The position numbers and the translations under genes are program-made. From Bugula neritina (Eukaryota; Animalia; Bryozoa): 64,000 nt of DNA. The notes under the pieces were generated by a model, which was not told the origin of the DNA, made no database searches, and saw only the letters and a program-made list of their open reading frames with translations. The stretch lies in the NCBI GenBank assembly GCA_964035545.1, contig OZ037770.1, positions 15,924,642-15,988,641 on the forward strand, given 5' to 3'. Of the stretch, positions 1 to 31,102 are shown in pieces (the stretch's first letter is position 1; every line of letters starts with the position of its first letter).

Positions 1-1024
1 CAATGACAACATCAACTGGAAGTGAATAACAACTGGCTAAATAATAATATTGCACCTAGACTGCTGCTTAAAATACTATGGTGATAAATATTTTAATATT
101 ACATTTATCATAATTTTAACACTAACAGTGTTCACTTGCAGTAATAGATATTGTAGTTCCTTGTCTAATCTACTGCAGCAGTCGTAGCCCTCGTCTTCTG
201 CAATTCAACAGTTGAAATAACAAATAACAAACAGCAGACTCGCTGTGTAAAAGCGTCTACTAGGGGAACATAATTGTACTAAGGATAACTCCTTGTTCTT
301 ACTTTTGTTACTGGACCGTAATATCTGTTTACGGCGTTTCATCAACCAACAAATGACCAGCCAGCTTTTCTTTAAAGGCGTGGTTTACTCATTACGATGC
401 CGCGTATCCTGGGCGTAACTAACCCTCATCATTCTCACCAGGCGTACTTCTATAACACGCTTCCGGCATGAGCTACAAGTACAGCCGACTTTCAATTATA
501 ATTATTGAACTAATGTTGTTTTGGATAATCACAAAATGCTAAAGTTTATTATACATTTTGTATAAAAAGCTTTTATAGGCGAGATTATAATAATGTAATT
601 TTTTTGCTTTTAAATTGATTACTAGTAGTAGTATTACTAAATAGTAAAAATAAAATATTGAGTTTGATAACTTAGACTTAGTTAGTGTTACTTACTACTT
701 TAGTACTTAAACTTAGAGTTAGTCTAAGTCTTATTAATAATAATATTATATTTATTATAGTTATATTTATTCCTAATCCTATAACTATGACTATGACTGA
801 AGCTAATCTTGATCACTGAACCTGAGGTAATAAATATACTTTTAGTTTTAGCAACATTAGTAATACTAACAGTAACAGTAATAAATTAACTTTAGCTTGC
901 ATTAATGATTAATAGACGTAGTACACTAGATCAAGCGCTACCTACTCCTAGTAGTACTAGTAGTACCTACCTAGTTTAAAATTAATACTCGCTACTACTA
1001 GTTGTAGTGTTGAGTTTACCCAGG

Positions 1025-1097
1025 GGCTCCCGTGGTGTAATGGGTAGCACACTTGCTTGCAAGCCAGAGGACTCGGGTTTTATTCCCAGTGGCGGCA
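1025..1097 (+). pseudogene. Degenerate tRNA (Ala/Gln-like) pseudogene or tRNA-derived SINE head
   Basis: GGCTCCCGTGGTGTAATGGGTAGCAC...CTTGCTTGCAAGCCAGAGGACTCGGGTTTTATTCCCAGTGGCGGCA. A-box TGGTGTAATGG is present and the B-box is degraded (GGTTTTATTCC vs GGTTCGAATCC). The anticodon loop is only 6 nt and the acceptor stem pairs poorly. It is a GC island in AT-rich flanks. Confidence 0.6.
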
Positions 1098-2075
1098 ATT
1101 ATTCTTCACTAGTACTACTAGTAGTAGTACTAGTAGTAGTTGTACTTGTAGTGCTATTGCTAATACTGCTAGTATTACTAGTTTTACAGTCTGAGTCTAC
1201 GAGTACGACTACGTCGTCATCTAGTTCTATGACTGTGGTAAAACGAAAACTAAGGCTAATGTTATTTAAATCTGGTACTCATTCTGATTCTGATACTATT
1301 TGTATGAGTATGTGAGTATCAATTTATTAAATTTAATATCACTATCAGACTCAGTGATAGTTACACACTAACACTTAATTTCATAGTAATACTTTCACTT
1401 CAAATTTTGCTATTACTATTAGTATAACTATCACTATTGTTATCAAACTTAGTGTTACTACGACTTGAAGTTGCATTCTGATATACTGATACTTATACTA
1501 TATTATAACTAGATCAATATGGCTATGTAATATAAGACTAAGTGACAATTATACTTAAATACTAATAGTAATACCTACTCCTTGACCCTTGTTCAATGCT
1601 TGGAATCTCAGTTGCATTTTTGATTTTGAAATTTTGCCAATTTCTTGTTGACGTTCATTTGTAATGAAATTATAGTTATATTCAAGTTGTAAATGGGTTG
1701 CTATTCTGTATTCATATTGATATAAGAATTAGACTCAGACTGAGTAAGAAATGACTGAAATGAGCAATAAAGTAGACATTAAATTGTAGAAATTTATCTC
1801 GTGTTATTACTCATTTTGAGCACATGAATTGTATACTAATTAGATAGTATGTGTGTTATTAATCATTTTAGCCTCTTCAAAAATGAAAAGCTCAACTGAG
1901 TTATAGTTACTTCTTTGCTTTCTGATTTTAGATTTGAGGTTTTGGTGTAATTTATTTATAATAACTTGTTACTATTATATTCATACTGATACTGACAATA
2001 TATGGTGTCCATACTTTTCATCAGGTCAACCATTTCCACCTCAATACCCTCAAACTGAATTCTAACACTGCAAGC

Positions 2076-19541
<17,466 letters not shown>

Positions 19542-20251
19542 CTTCTCGACACTCGGTATATGTTTAGCTAAGAGTAAGCAATGTGTGAGCTTTCTGAAGA
19601 TATAGGCTGTATAGTAAGAGAGAGTTGGGGTTATTTTGTAGATAGCATCAAACCCATCTCCTACAGCCTGCGTGCAGACACGCAGACAAACTACTGCGTA
19701 CAGTTGCTGACACCTGCAGACACCTGCAGACACCTGAAGATGACAGGAACACCTACTGGGCAGGATATCCACTCTTTATAGGCCATTATATTCAGTATAA
19801 TCCTCTCAACTCACTAATATTTTGTAGACATGAATGTATGCCAACTATCTATGTATATATTGTTATCATTGTTGTAGCTGACTGTATTTTCTAATCAACA
19901 CGTTGTATACACGTATCTTTATTTTTATATTTCTTGTACTGCCACTTCTATCTCCACTATAAAAATATATACTACGTTATTGGACATATTCACATGTATA
20001 ATATCAATGTCTGTATTCTAGTGTAGTGTTCTTCACTCTAATAATTGAAATACAATGAAACGTCTCTGTACCACCCACCTGTTTTATCATGTCACGTATC
20101 TCTTTCACTCCAATGCTCATTGAAATACTGTAGGCCTCAAACTGCTGCACTCAATGACCACCAACTCAATGCTGCTTCTAGTAACTGTCAAATATAGCGA
20201 TCTAAAAGTCCTAAGGCTATGAGCAGCCAGGCCATTATTGACCTTGATGCT

Positions 20252-20997
20252 GGTCCAGTATGTATTGGGTGGTCCAGTATGTACTAGGTGGTCCAGTATG
20301 TACTGGGTGGTCCAGTATGTACTGGGTGGTCCAGTATGTACTCGGTGGTCCAGTATGTACTAGGTGGTCCAGTATGTACTAGGTGGTCCAGTATGTACTG
20401 GGTGGTCCAGTATGTACTGGGTGGTCCAGTTTGTACTGGGTAGTTCAGTATACACTAGGTAGTTCAGTATGTACTAGGTGGTCCAGTATGTACTAGGTGG
20501 TCCAATATACACTAGGTGGTCCAGTATGTACTAGGTGGTCCAATATACACTAGGTGGTCCAGTATGTACTAGGTGGTCCAATATACACTAGGTGGTCCAG
20601 TATGTACTAGGTGTGATGGCTCTATAAGTTGGCTAGCAAAATCCTATAAGAATATTTTAATAAACCTTCTACAAAAGTGTTGCATAGATTTTAAGACATC
20701 AATTAATTTAGTTCATCCACTTCTGATAATGATCCTACCTTCATCTGGCCACCTCTACCTTGACATATCTGAGGGCACTTTGTAGCACCTTGCAACATAT
20801 CACAACACTTGTAGCACCTTGTAACATATGACAGCACACTGTAGCACCTTGTAACATATGACAGCACACTGTAGCACCTTGTAACATATTACAGCACACT
20901 GTAGCACCTTGTAACATATGACAGCACACTGTAGCACCTTGTAACATATGACAGCACACTGTAGCACCTTGTAACATATGACAGCACATTGTAACAT
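20252..20997. repeat. 19-bp (20252-20612) and 30-bp (20778-20997) minisatellites
   Basis: (GGTGGTCCAGTATGTACTA)n and (GTAGCACCTTGTAACATATGACAGCACACT)n. Confidence 0.92.
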
Positions 20998-21816
20998 ACG
21001 GCGGTGCTCGCAGTTGTTTGTGTTTTGAAAGCGGTGACAACTAAAACATGGTGACATGTAACAGGCACCTGTTGAAATTTGAGTAGACGAATCCAAAGAA
21101 CATAGTAATAGATGTTTATGAGTATTTGTGACATGGCTGCTAAGGTGAGTGACAGATTGTAGCACGTGCTTGCAATGTACTCCATGCTGCAGCCAGCTAC
21201 ATAGCTACATAGCTACATAGCTGGCTGCAGCAAGGAGTTGATATAGCTGAAGATAGATACACTTTAGTACAATACATGCGGTATAATACGTACAGTCTGC
21301 CTGTCTATTCAGTTCACAACATAAAAAGTGCTGCCCATGTAAACATTTGCTGATTGAGTGGGTGGCTCTGCGTTTCATCAGAGCAAATGTCAAATGAATG
21401 AGTGTATTTATCAGCCTATAGCTTGTGAGACACACCTCGGTGCAGCATAACCTCAGTGCAGCGTATTGTGTGTACGTATGACAGTATAACACATATATAT
21501 TACAATAATACAACTTGTTCTACACATTATTTGTTCTACACATCATTTATTCTTCACGTTACATGCACGCAGACCACTCTATTTGGCTGTTGCTGAAATG
21601 CTGCCTAGCTGCCAGGTAGTGTTTGTTGTTGGCTATTTTGCTGACTAGAGGTTCATACTGAAATATGAAGAGCTGCTATTCATAGACCCGTTGTTTACCT
21701 TTCCTCCCCCACCCGGATTATTGATCATTTCTATACATTACCATCCGGTGTATTTTTAGATATTATATGCTTGCTGTGACGATACAGTACTATCCCTACT
21801 GCCCCAACTATGCTTA

Positions 21817-22293
21817 CTGAGGGTAGGGTAGTGAAAGCTGGGGGTAGGGTAGTGAAAGCTGGGGGTAGGGTAGTGAAAGCTGGGGGTAGGGTAGTGAAAG
21901 CTGGGGGTAGGAGAGTGAAAGCTGGGGGTAGGAGAGTGAAAGCTGGGGGTAGGAGAGTGAAAGCTGGGGGTAGGGTAGTGAAAGCTGGGGGTAGGAGAGT
22001 GAAAGCTGGGGGTAGGAGAGTGAAAGCTGGGGGTAGGGTAGTGAAAGCTGGGGGTAGGGTAGTGAAAGCTGGGGGTAGGAGAGTGAAAGCTGGGGGTAGG
22101 GTAGTGAAAGCTGGGGGTAGGGTAGTGAAAGCTGGGGGTAGGGTAGTGAAAGCTGGGGGTAGGGTAGTGAAAGCTGAGGGTAGGGTAGTGAAAGCTGGGG
22201 GTAGGAGAGTGAAAGCTGAGGGTAGGGTAGTGAAAGCTGAGGGTAAGGTAGTGAAAGCTGAGGGTAGGGTAGTGAAAGCTGGGGGTAGGGTAG
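21817..22293. repeat. 21-bp G-rich minisatellite with G-quadruplex potential
   Basis: (AAAGCTGGGGGTAGGGTAGTG)n. Confidence 0.95.
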
Positions 22294-22819
22294 TGGGAGC
22301 AGATATATGGGGATGTTTATAAATAGATGTCAACATGTATACTGCTAGTATTGTACTAGAATCTAGATAATTACATAAGGTATGGTCTTGTGAAATAATC
22401 CAGTAGCTCATACTAATAATAGCACACAATGTTGCTCTTTGTAAACAACTAAATATATTTACATATAAGACAGCAAACACAGCATCATTGTCTATCCACT
22501 GAGTGTCCATTGTGAGCCCTACAGTAGGGTGTTTGCAACTTAAACATTGCAATAGTGTGACATTATATCTGTACAAAGTGTGATGTCCCCAACTTGACCA
22601 GCTGTCACTCTGCTGACGTAACATGTGGACTATTTTTAGAAACTATTGCCATGCAGTCAAAGTGGTGAAAATAACCTCTGAAGTGGTTGTTAGAATGAAA
22701 TACTTCCTGTGTCTTATAAAATAGTATGTGTATGTATTATATTATATATTAAGTAATATAGTGTGTAGATACATCACATAATATATAGGACAGTAATAGA
22801 ATAATATAGAATAAATATA

Positions 22820-23260
22820 CACAGTGATAGAGTAATATATGCAGTGATAGAGTAATATATACAGTGATAGAGTAATATATACAGTGATAGAGTAATATAT
22901 ACAGTGATAGAGTAATATATACAGTGATAGAGTAATATATACAGTGATAGAGTAATATATACAGTGGTAGAGTAATATATACAGTGATAGAGTAATATAT
23001 ACAGTGATAGAGTAATATATACAGTGATAGAGTAATATATACAGTGATAGAGTAATATACACAGTGATGGAGTAATATACACAGTGATAGAGTAATATAT
23101 ACAGTGATAGAGTAATATATACAGTGATAGAGTAATATATACAGTGGTAGAGTAATATATACAGTGATAGAGTAATATATACAGTGATAGAGTAATATAT
23201 ACAGTGATAGAGTAATATACACAGTGATAGAGTAATATACACAGTGATAGAGTAATATAA
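22820..23260. repeat. 20-bp minisatellite
   Basis: (ACAGTGATAGAGTAATATAT)n. Confidence 0.95.
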
Positions 23261-24387
23261 TATACAGTTGTGATCAGCAAATAAACTTTTTGTTGACACA
23301 CAAATCTACTTCATATAAGTCAATCAATACGTAGTAAAATCACACCAGGTTTAGGGTTGAACATCGCTGTCAAATCTTCACCAATCAATGATGCTCGAGG
23401 GCTTGCTCTGGTGACAGATCAATACAGCTTGTGACATTTCACAATCTACAGTGAAAGCAGCAGCTAGTTTGTTAGAGTAGTTGGCAGGTCTGTGATAGCT
23501 TTATACTAACTGTTAGCAAGCTGTTGGCAAGTCTGGTTATGATATCCCAACAGTTGGCTAGTGGCTGTTTGCAAGTCTTTACTGAAGAAGGGAAAGTATC
23601 AACGAAACAAGTGTGAGTAAATGACAGGATTTCATTCCCCTTTAAGTGAGTCAGAGGATATTACGTAACGCCATCTCAGCCAGCTTATGGTATTGGGTTA
23701 GTCTAGGTAAGTTAAAGCTCTCTTCAGCTGATGACTTATTTCTTTTTTATTAAAATAAGATTAATTTAAACTTTATGGAATTATATAAGCCAGTGAAATA
23801 TTTGTGACCTAGTAACTGGAGAGAGTGTCAGTATAGCTGAACAAAAACTTTTGTGTACAACTGTTGCTGTGTTACACTTACACTTTCGGTTTTGAATTTT
23901 ATTTCAAAGTTTTGATTTATTTCTTCTGGTTTGAGGAGAGAAAAGATGGTTTTGAAATTGCAAATCAGTTTTAAAGGACGGCTCTTTTTTAATTGTTCTA
24001 CCTGGACCGTACTAAGAATTTGGGCGTCTTCCCCCCCTCTATGTGATGCTAGTGTACCCTCTCTCAGGCTCATGTGATACTACTGCTAGTGATACTAATG
24101 TACTACCTTAGCAAAGGTATGCTGCCTTAGCCAAAATATGCTGCCTCAGTGAAAGTTGTACCAATGGTGTGGTTGTAACATGAGACATGTTATGGTTTTG
24201 CATATTTTGATTGAATGAAATTGAAGGAGTTTAGAGAAAGACCCCCTGCCCCTTCCCACATGTGTAAACATTCCAGAGATAGATGGTGCTAGGAATCTGG
24301 GGCATCATGTATTGGTGGGGGGTGGGAAGTTATTTACACAAACTGGTGTGCTGTGCTGCGGCTATACAGCAACATCTTCCTATTATA

Positions 24388-25272
24388 GGGTACACTGTGA
24401 CACACAATCAGGTGACACTGTGACACACAATCAGGGTACACTGTGACACACAATCAGGGTACACTGTGACACACAATCAGGTGACACTGTGACACACAAT
24501 CAGGTGACACTGTGACACACAATCAGGTGACACTGTGACACACAATCAGGTGACACTGTGACACACAATCAGGTGACACTGTGACACACAATCAGGTGAC
24601 ACTGTGACACACAATCAGGGTACACTGTGACACACAATCAGGTGACACTGTGACACACAATCAGGTGACACTGTGACACACAATCAGGGTACACTGTGAC
24701 ACACAATCAGGTGACACTGTGACACACAATCAGGTGACACTGTGACACACAATCAGGTGACACTGTGACACACAATCAGGTGACACTGTGACACACAATC
24801 AGGTGACACTGTGACACACAATCAGGTGACACTGTGACACACAATCAGGTGACACTGTGACACACAATCAGGTGACACTGTGACACACAATCAGGTGACA
24901 CTGTGACACACAATCAGGTGACACTGTGACACACAATCAGGTGACACTGTGACACACAATCAGGTGACACTGTGACACACAATCAGGTGACACTGTGACA
25001 CACAATCAGGTGACACTGTGACACACAATCAGGTGACACTGTGACACACAATCAGGTGACACTGTGACACACAATCAGGTGACACTGTGACACACAATCA
25101 GGTGACACTGTGACACACAATCAGGTGACACTGTGACACACAATCAGGTGACACTGTGACACACAATCAGGTGACACTGTGACACACAATCAGGTGACAC
25201 TGTGACACACAATCAGGTGACACTGTGACACACAATCAGGTGACACTGTGACACACAATCAGGTGACACTGT
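24388..25272. repeat. 23-bp near-perfect minisatellite
   Basis: (CAGGTGACACTGTGACACACAAT)n. Confidence 0.97.
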
Positions 25273-25779
25273 AACACAGGTGTAGCTTACTAGCACCTAC
25301 TACCTATAACAGATATAAACATTGTATAGAACGAATAGTTGAGCTGAAAGCAAAATTTTAAGTAACTGAAAATACAAAGAAGATTATAATATTATAATAG
25401 CATATGAAATTGTTGCATAGACTAACAGTGCAAAGCTGTGCCTAAACCTATATTCTGTGCATTCAGAAAGTTTATGTCTCCGTGTTGAAAATAAGCCCCT
25501 TCCCTGAGTAGAGTGGGTGAGGGTAGAAACTCCTCCTATGAGTAGAGTAAGGGAGGGTAGTAATTTCTGTTACATTCACTGGAAGGGAAAAGTGCTGCCT
25601 CAACTAGCAGCTGCTGTCTTGACTAACATCTGCCGTCATCTGATACGACATGCAAGAGTAGAAATATTTGCAGTAGTTATTTGTCACAGTGGCCGAACTC
25701 ACTTCAAATTGCTCTTCAGCTACAAACAAATTGCCTCCAGGCTTTACTTGTCATGTAATGAAGGTGTCTGTCCACTCTA

Positions 25780-26495
25780 CCACGATCTCTATACTATACC
25801 ACGATCTCTATACTATACCATGATGTCTATACTATACCATGATGTCTATACTATACCATGATCTCTATACTATACCACGATCTCTATACTATACCACGAT
25901 CTCTATACAATACAATGATATCTATACTATACAATGATGTCTATACTATACAATGATTTCTATACTCTACCACGATCTCTATGCTGTACCATGATCTCTA
26001 TACTGTACCATGATCTCTATACTATACAATGATCTCTATACTGCACCATGATCTCTATACTATACAATGATCTCTATACTGTACCATGATGTCTATACTA
26101 TACAATGATCTCTATACTATACCATGATCTCTATACTATACCATGATCTCTATACTATACCATGATCTCTATACTGTACCATGATCTCTATACTATACAA
26201 TGATCTCTATACTGCACCATGATCTCTATACTATACCATGATCTCTATACTATACAATGATCTCTATACTGTACCATGATCTCTATACTATACCATGATC
26301 TCTATACTGTACCATGATCTCTATACTATACAATGATCTCTATACTGTACCATGATCTCTATACTATACAATGATCTCTATACTGCACCATGATCTCTAT
26401 ACTATACCATGATCTCTATACTATACCATGATCTCTATACTATACCATGATCTCTATACTATACCGTGATGTCTATACTATACCATGATGTCTAT
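25780..26495. repeat. 19-bp minisatellite
   Basis: (CCATGATCTCTATACTATA)n. Confidence 0.93.
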
Positions 26496-27549
26496 GCTGT
26501 AAGACAGCACACCAATTACCCTTCACCGGAACTATCTGTGTAGTATTACATCACTGTTTTAATTAAATTATACACAATGTAGCCTTGTAGGCAGCGCAAG
26601 GCAAAGCAGCATAGAGATGGACTATCACAGCCACCTAATCAGTTAATAGCTAATTATGCACCTCCAGATTCCTATTTTAGTTCCTATCCCCGCATAAAGC
26701 AGCTACATTCTCAAAGTACGAGCCAAAATCTAATAAATGTTTAAAAAATTCCAATCGGTTTCGAAACAGGATGCAAAGCATATTTTTAGCCAGTGCAAAA
26801 ACCTTTCAGGTCAGTATTGGCAGACGTGAAAGTGTTCTAAAATTTCTCGGAAAAACTGCCTCTTTTTCACACCTGCCTAGTTTTGTGATGCTGTCATGAG
26901 TATTCCTATTACACAGGCTGGCTGTCACACACCCTGTGACCATCTGCATGTCAGAAATTCATCAGTCCACTTGTGTGAATACAATTATATGTCCTGTGTG
27001 AACTGGTGGATTACTACATATTCTACTTACTCTATATGCTTACTACATACACTATGAATATACTTACACTATGAATATACTTACACTATGAATATACTTA
27101 CACTATGCTTACTACATACACTATGAATATACTTATTCTATGAATACTACATACTCTATGGATATACTTACACTATGAATATACATACACTATGAATACT
27201 ACATACTACATAAACTATGAATACTACATACTGTGTGAATACTGAATGGCAAGTTGAATGAATCACTGTAGTAGTAACAAGGCAGCATTGTTATAAACCA
27301 TCTGCACAGTAAAGATCAGTGAAATTGTTACTAGTCTCTAACTGATACACTTTCACATCTTCCAAATTTCTTTCAATAATTAAACTGAAAGAAGGAATTT
27401 ACAACGCAATTAAGTGAAGTATTTATGACTTACACTTTGGAATACACCACTTGGTGTAAACCATCTCCTAGCAACCAGTTCACTGGCTTGTGACATCACA
27501 GCAAAGTCAGTGCTAATCCAGGCAAGTTATGATTGGCTAATTAGGGGTG

Positions 27550-27860
27550 GTAAAGGCCACCTTAACCTCGTGTCATATAATACTATAGCATAGTAAAGGG
27601 CACCTTAACCTTGTGTCATATAATACTATAGCATAGTGAAGGGCACCTTAACCTCGTGTCATATAGTACTATAGCATAGTAAAGGGTACCTTAACCTCGT
27701 GTCATATAATACTATAGCATAGTAAAGGGCACCTTAACCTCGTGTCATATAATACTATAGCATAGTAAAGGGCACCTTAACCTTGTGTCATATAATACTA
27801 TAACATAGTGAAGGGCACCTTAACCTTGTGTCATATAATACTATGACATAGTAAAGGGTG
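27550..27860. repeat. 43-bp tandem repeat, about 7 copies
   Basis: (TAAAGGGCACCTTAACCTCGTGTCATATAATACTATAGCATAG)n. Confidence 0.93.
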
Positions 27861-28043
27861 CCATATGGCAGCCACTGAGATATAAACTACGGAACTGCCC
27901 AGAGCAGTGCATGTATTCACTCTCCCTACTTCGTGTATTGTCCTGTGCAGTAATTAACTCCAGGCTGTTCACATTTCATGAGTAAATAAAAATATCTTGA
28001 GTTTAGAACCAAAACTCTATCACTACCCTCTTTATATTATATG

Positions 28044-29540
28044 GATATACTATACAGTGTATACTGTAATACATATATACTATACAGTGTATACTGTAAT
28101 ACATATATACTATACAGTGTATACTGTAATACATATATACTATACAGTGTATACTGTAATACATATATACTATACACTGTATACTGTAATACATATATAC
28201 TATACACTGTATACTGTAATACATATATAATATACACTGTATACTGTAATACATATATAATATACACTGTATAATGTAATTCATATATATTATACACTGT
28301 ATACTGTAATACATATATAATATACACTGTATACTGTAATACATATATACTATACACTGTATACTGTAATACATATATACTATACACTGCATACTGTAAT
28401 ACATATATACTATACACTGTACACTGTAATACATATATACTATACAGTGTATACTGTAATACATATATACTATACAGTGTATACTGTAATACATATATAC
28501 TATACACTGTATACTGTAATACATATATACTATACACTGTATACTGTAATACATATATACTATACACTGTATACTGTAATACATATATACTATACACTCT
28601 ATACTGTAATACATATATACTATACTCTGTATACTGTAATACATATATACTATACACTGTATACTGTAATACATATATACTATACACTGTATACTGTAAT
28701 ACATATATACTATACACTGTATACTGTAATACATATATACTATACACTGTATACTGTAATACATATATACTATACACTGCATACTGTAATACATATATAC
28801 TATACACTGTAATACATATATACTATACACTGTATACTGTAATACATATATAATATACACTGTATACTGTAATACATATATAATATACACTGTATAATGT
28901 AATTCATATATATTATACACTGTATACTGTAATACATATATACTATACACTGTATACTGTAATACATATATACTATACACTGTATACTGTAATACATATA
29001 TACTATACACTGTATACTGTAATACATATATACTATACACTCTATACTGTAATACATATATACTATACACTGTATACTGTAATACATATATAATATACAC
29101 TGTATACTGTAATACATATATACTATACACTGTAATACATATATACTATACACTGTAATACATATATACTATACACTGTAATACATATATACTATACACT
29201 GTAATACATATATACTATACACTGTAATACATATATACTATACACTGTAATACATATATACTATACACTGTATACTGTAATACATATATACTATACACTG
29301 TAATACATATATACTATACACTGTAATACATATATACTATACACTGTATACTGTAATACATATATACTATACACTGTAATACATATATACTATACACTGT
29401 AATACATATATACTATACACTGTATACTGTAATACATATATACTATACACTGTAATACATATATACTATACACTGTAATACATATATACTATACACTGTA
29501 ATACATATATACTATACACTGTAATACATATATACTATAC
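28044..29540. repeat. 30-bp minisatellite switching to a 23-bp deleted unit
   Basis: (TATACACTGTATACTGTAATACATATATAC)n, later lacking one TACTGTA-type block. Confidence 0.95.
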
Positions 29541-30594
29541 GCTATACATATATAAGTTATAACGTTACACTCATCACTGAAATATGGCCAATGAGCAAAC
29601 ACATTGTTAAGGAAACGAACCAATCAAAAGTCATGCACTATGAGAATTTTTCCTCAGGTTTTATGGTAATTAGTAAGACTTTCATAACTTCTGAGCTGAA
29701 GTCACGTTCTTCGTCCACATTTGAAGTAAGACTTGTGTATAATAGAGAGACAGGGTAGGGTAGGAGGGTTGGAGGGGATCAGTTAGGGGGGTACCAAGAG
29801 GTAGCTGATAAAGTTGTCCACTCATGAAACAACCTAAACTTTCCCACATTTACAATTGAAAACTTAGCACTCTGTCGTGTGAATACGTAATACTGCGACT
29901 CAACATTTTGCAAATGTCTGTGATGGGCGATCACCGCCCTTACTGACCTTGTCAGATCTTAGTGTAGAGTCACAGGCTAGTTCTTAGTGTAGATTAACGG
30001 GCTAGTTATTGTATACCGGCTACGTATACGTATACGGAATAGGGCACAGTAACTGCCACATTACAATATTTATAGCAAATACTCGCAGATTACTATTATA
30101 TAAAGTGACAGTTTGCATATTAATTTCACAACTTCATTCACAAGGCATGTCATACACATCTTTCATAATTAATTCTATTTTCTGGGAATTCTTGTGGCAA
30201 GTTGAATACAAATAATTGGCTGGTGAGAAAATGAGGAAGATGGACTTTGCTGAAACATGCGTAAATGCGGTTTGTTTGAGTAGAGTGTCAGGTAGAGTTG
30301 ACCTTGGGTAGCTGTATGGTAGACGGTGACCTGGGAATATATCAGCGAGTTGGTGAGAGTTCCGGATACCATTCTGTCTTGTTGGTTTTATTTATACTTA
30401 ATTACTTGTCGGCTTATATAACTTTCTACCCAGCATACGTAGAAGGTTATAAAACTCTCACGCTGGGAGTAGAAGGAGCGCAGAAGACAGCGTGTCCTGA
30501 TAGGTCAATTCTCATTCACTCTGGCAAACCAGCCTTTCTGTGCATATTAATCAACCAGGCTTGCCATTTCTACACTCCCATCTCTATATTGTAG

Positions 30595-30602
30595 TATAAA
30601 TA
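30595..30602 (+). promoter_or_regulatory. Candidate TATA box of the LDLa gene
   Basis: TATAAATA followed by a short putative 5'UTR exon ending at TTG|GTACGT (30678), then acceptor CCTGTTTCAG (31003) upstream of ATG 31103. Confidence 0.4.
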
Positions 30603-31102
30603 GCAAGGCTTTTAAGCTGCGAGGTTAGAAACAGCTGAATTGTGCTGCAAGCTAGTTGAGCAGTCCAAAGATATTTGGTACGTAGTTTATGTTCAGTATT
30701 ACTGTTATATGTTCTATATTTTATGTTATGGCATATTTATATTATATTATGTCATGGTTATATTTATATTATCATATTATTATATCATATTATGTTATGG
30801 TATATTCATATCATATTATGTTATGATACATTTATATTATTATATGATGTTATGGTATATTTATATTATTATATTATGTTATTGCATACTTATATTATTA
30901 TATTATGTTATTGTATATTTATATCATTATATTAAGTTATTGTACAATTATATTATTATATTATGTTAGGGTATAATTATATCGTTATATTATCCTGTTT
31001 CAGAGAGATATCCTGTCTTATACTCTGCCTCAAGTTGGTCAGATATCTTAGAATGTGAAGACAACTTCTCAAAGAAAGAAGCAGCTAATTGAGTCAGCTA
31101 CG

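Noticed and set aside
130-480. CpG-richer segment, possibly a promoter or first exons of a divergent minus-strand gene
   Set aside because: Splice-like motifs exist, but there is no recognisable protein and it is truncated by the window edge.
1025-1097. Functional tRNA gene
   Set aside because: Broken B-box, 6-nt anticodon loop and poorly paired acceptor stem. Kept only as a pseudogene or SINE head.
21810-22322. RGG-like or Pro-rich protein ORFs over the G-rich array
   Set aside because: No non-repetitive coding flanks or splice partners; explained by a 21-bp unit lacking stops.
27550-27860. 30-45 bp repeats resembling CRISPR arrays (also 7767-7942, 34150-34625)
   Set aside because: Head-to-tail units with no unique spacers, no cas genes, and a eukaryotic context.
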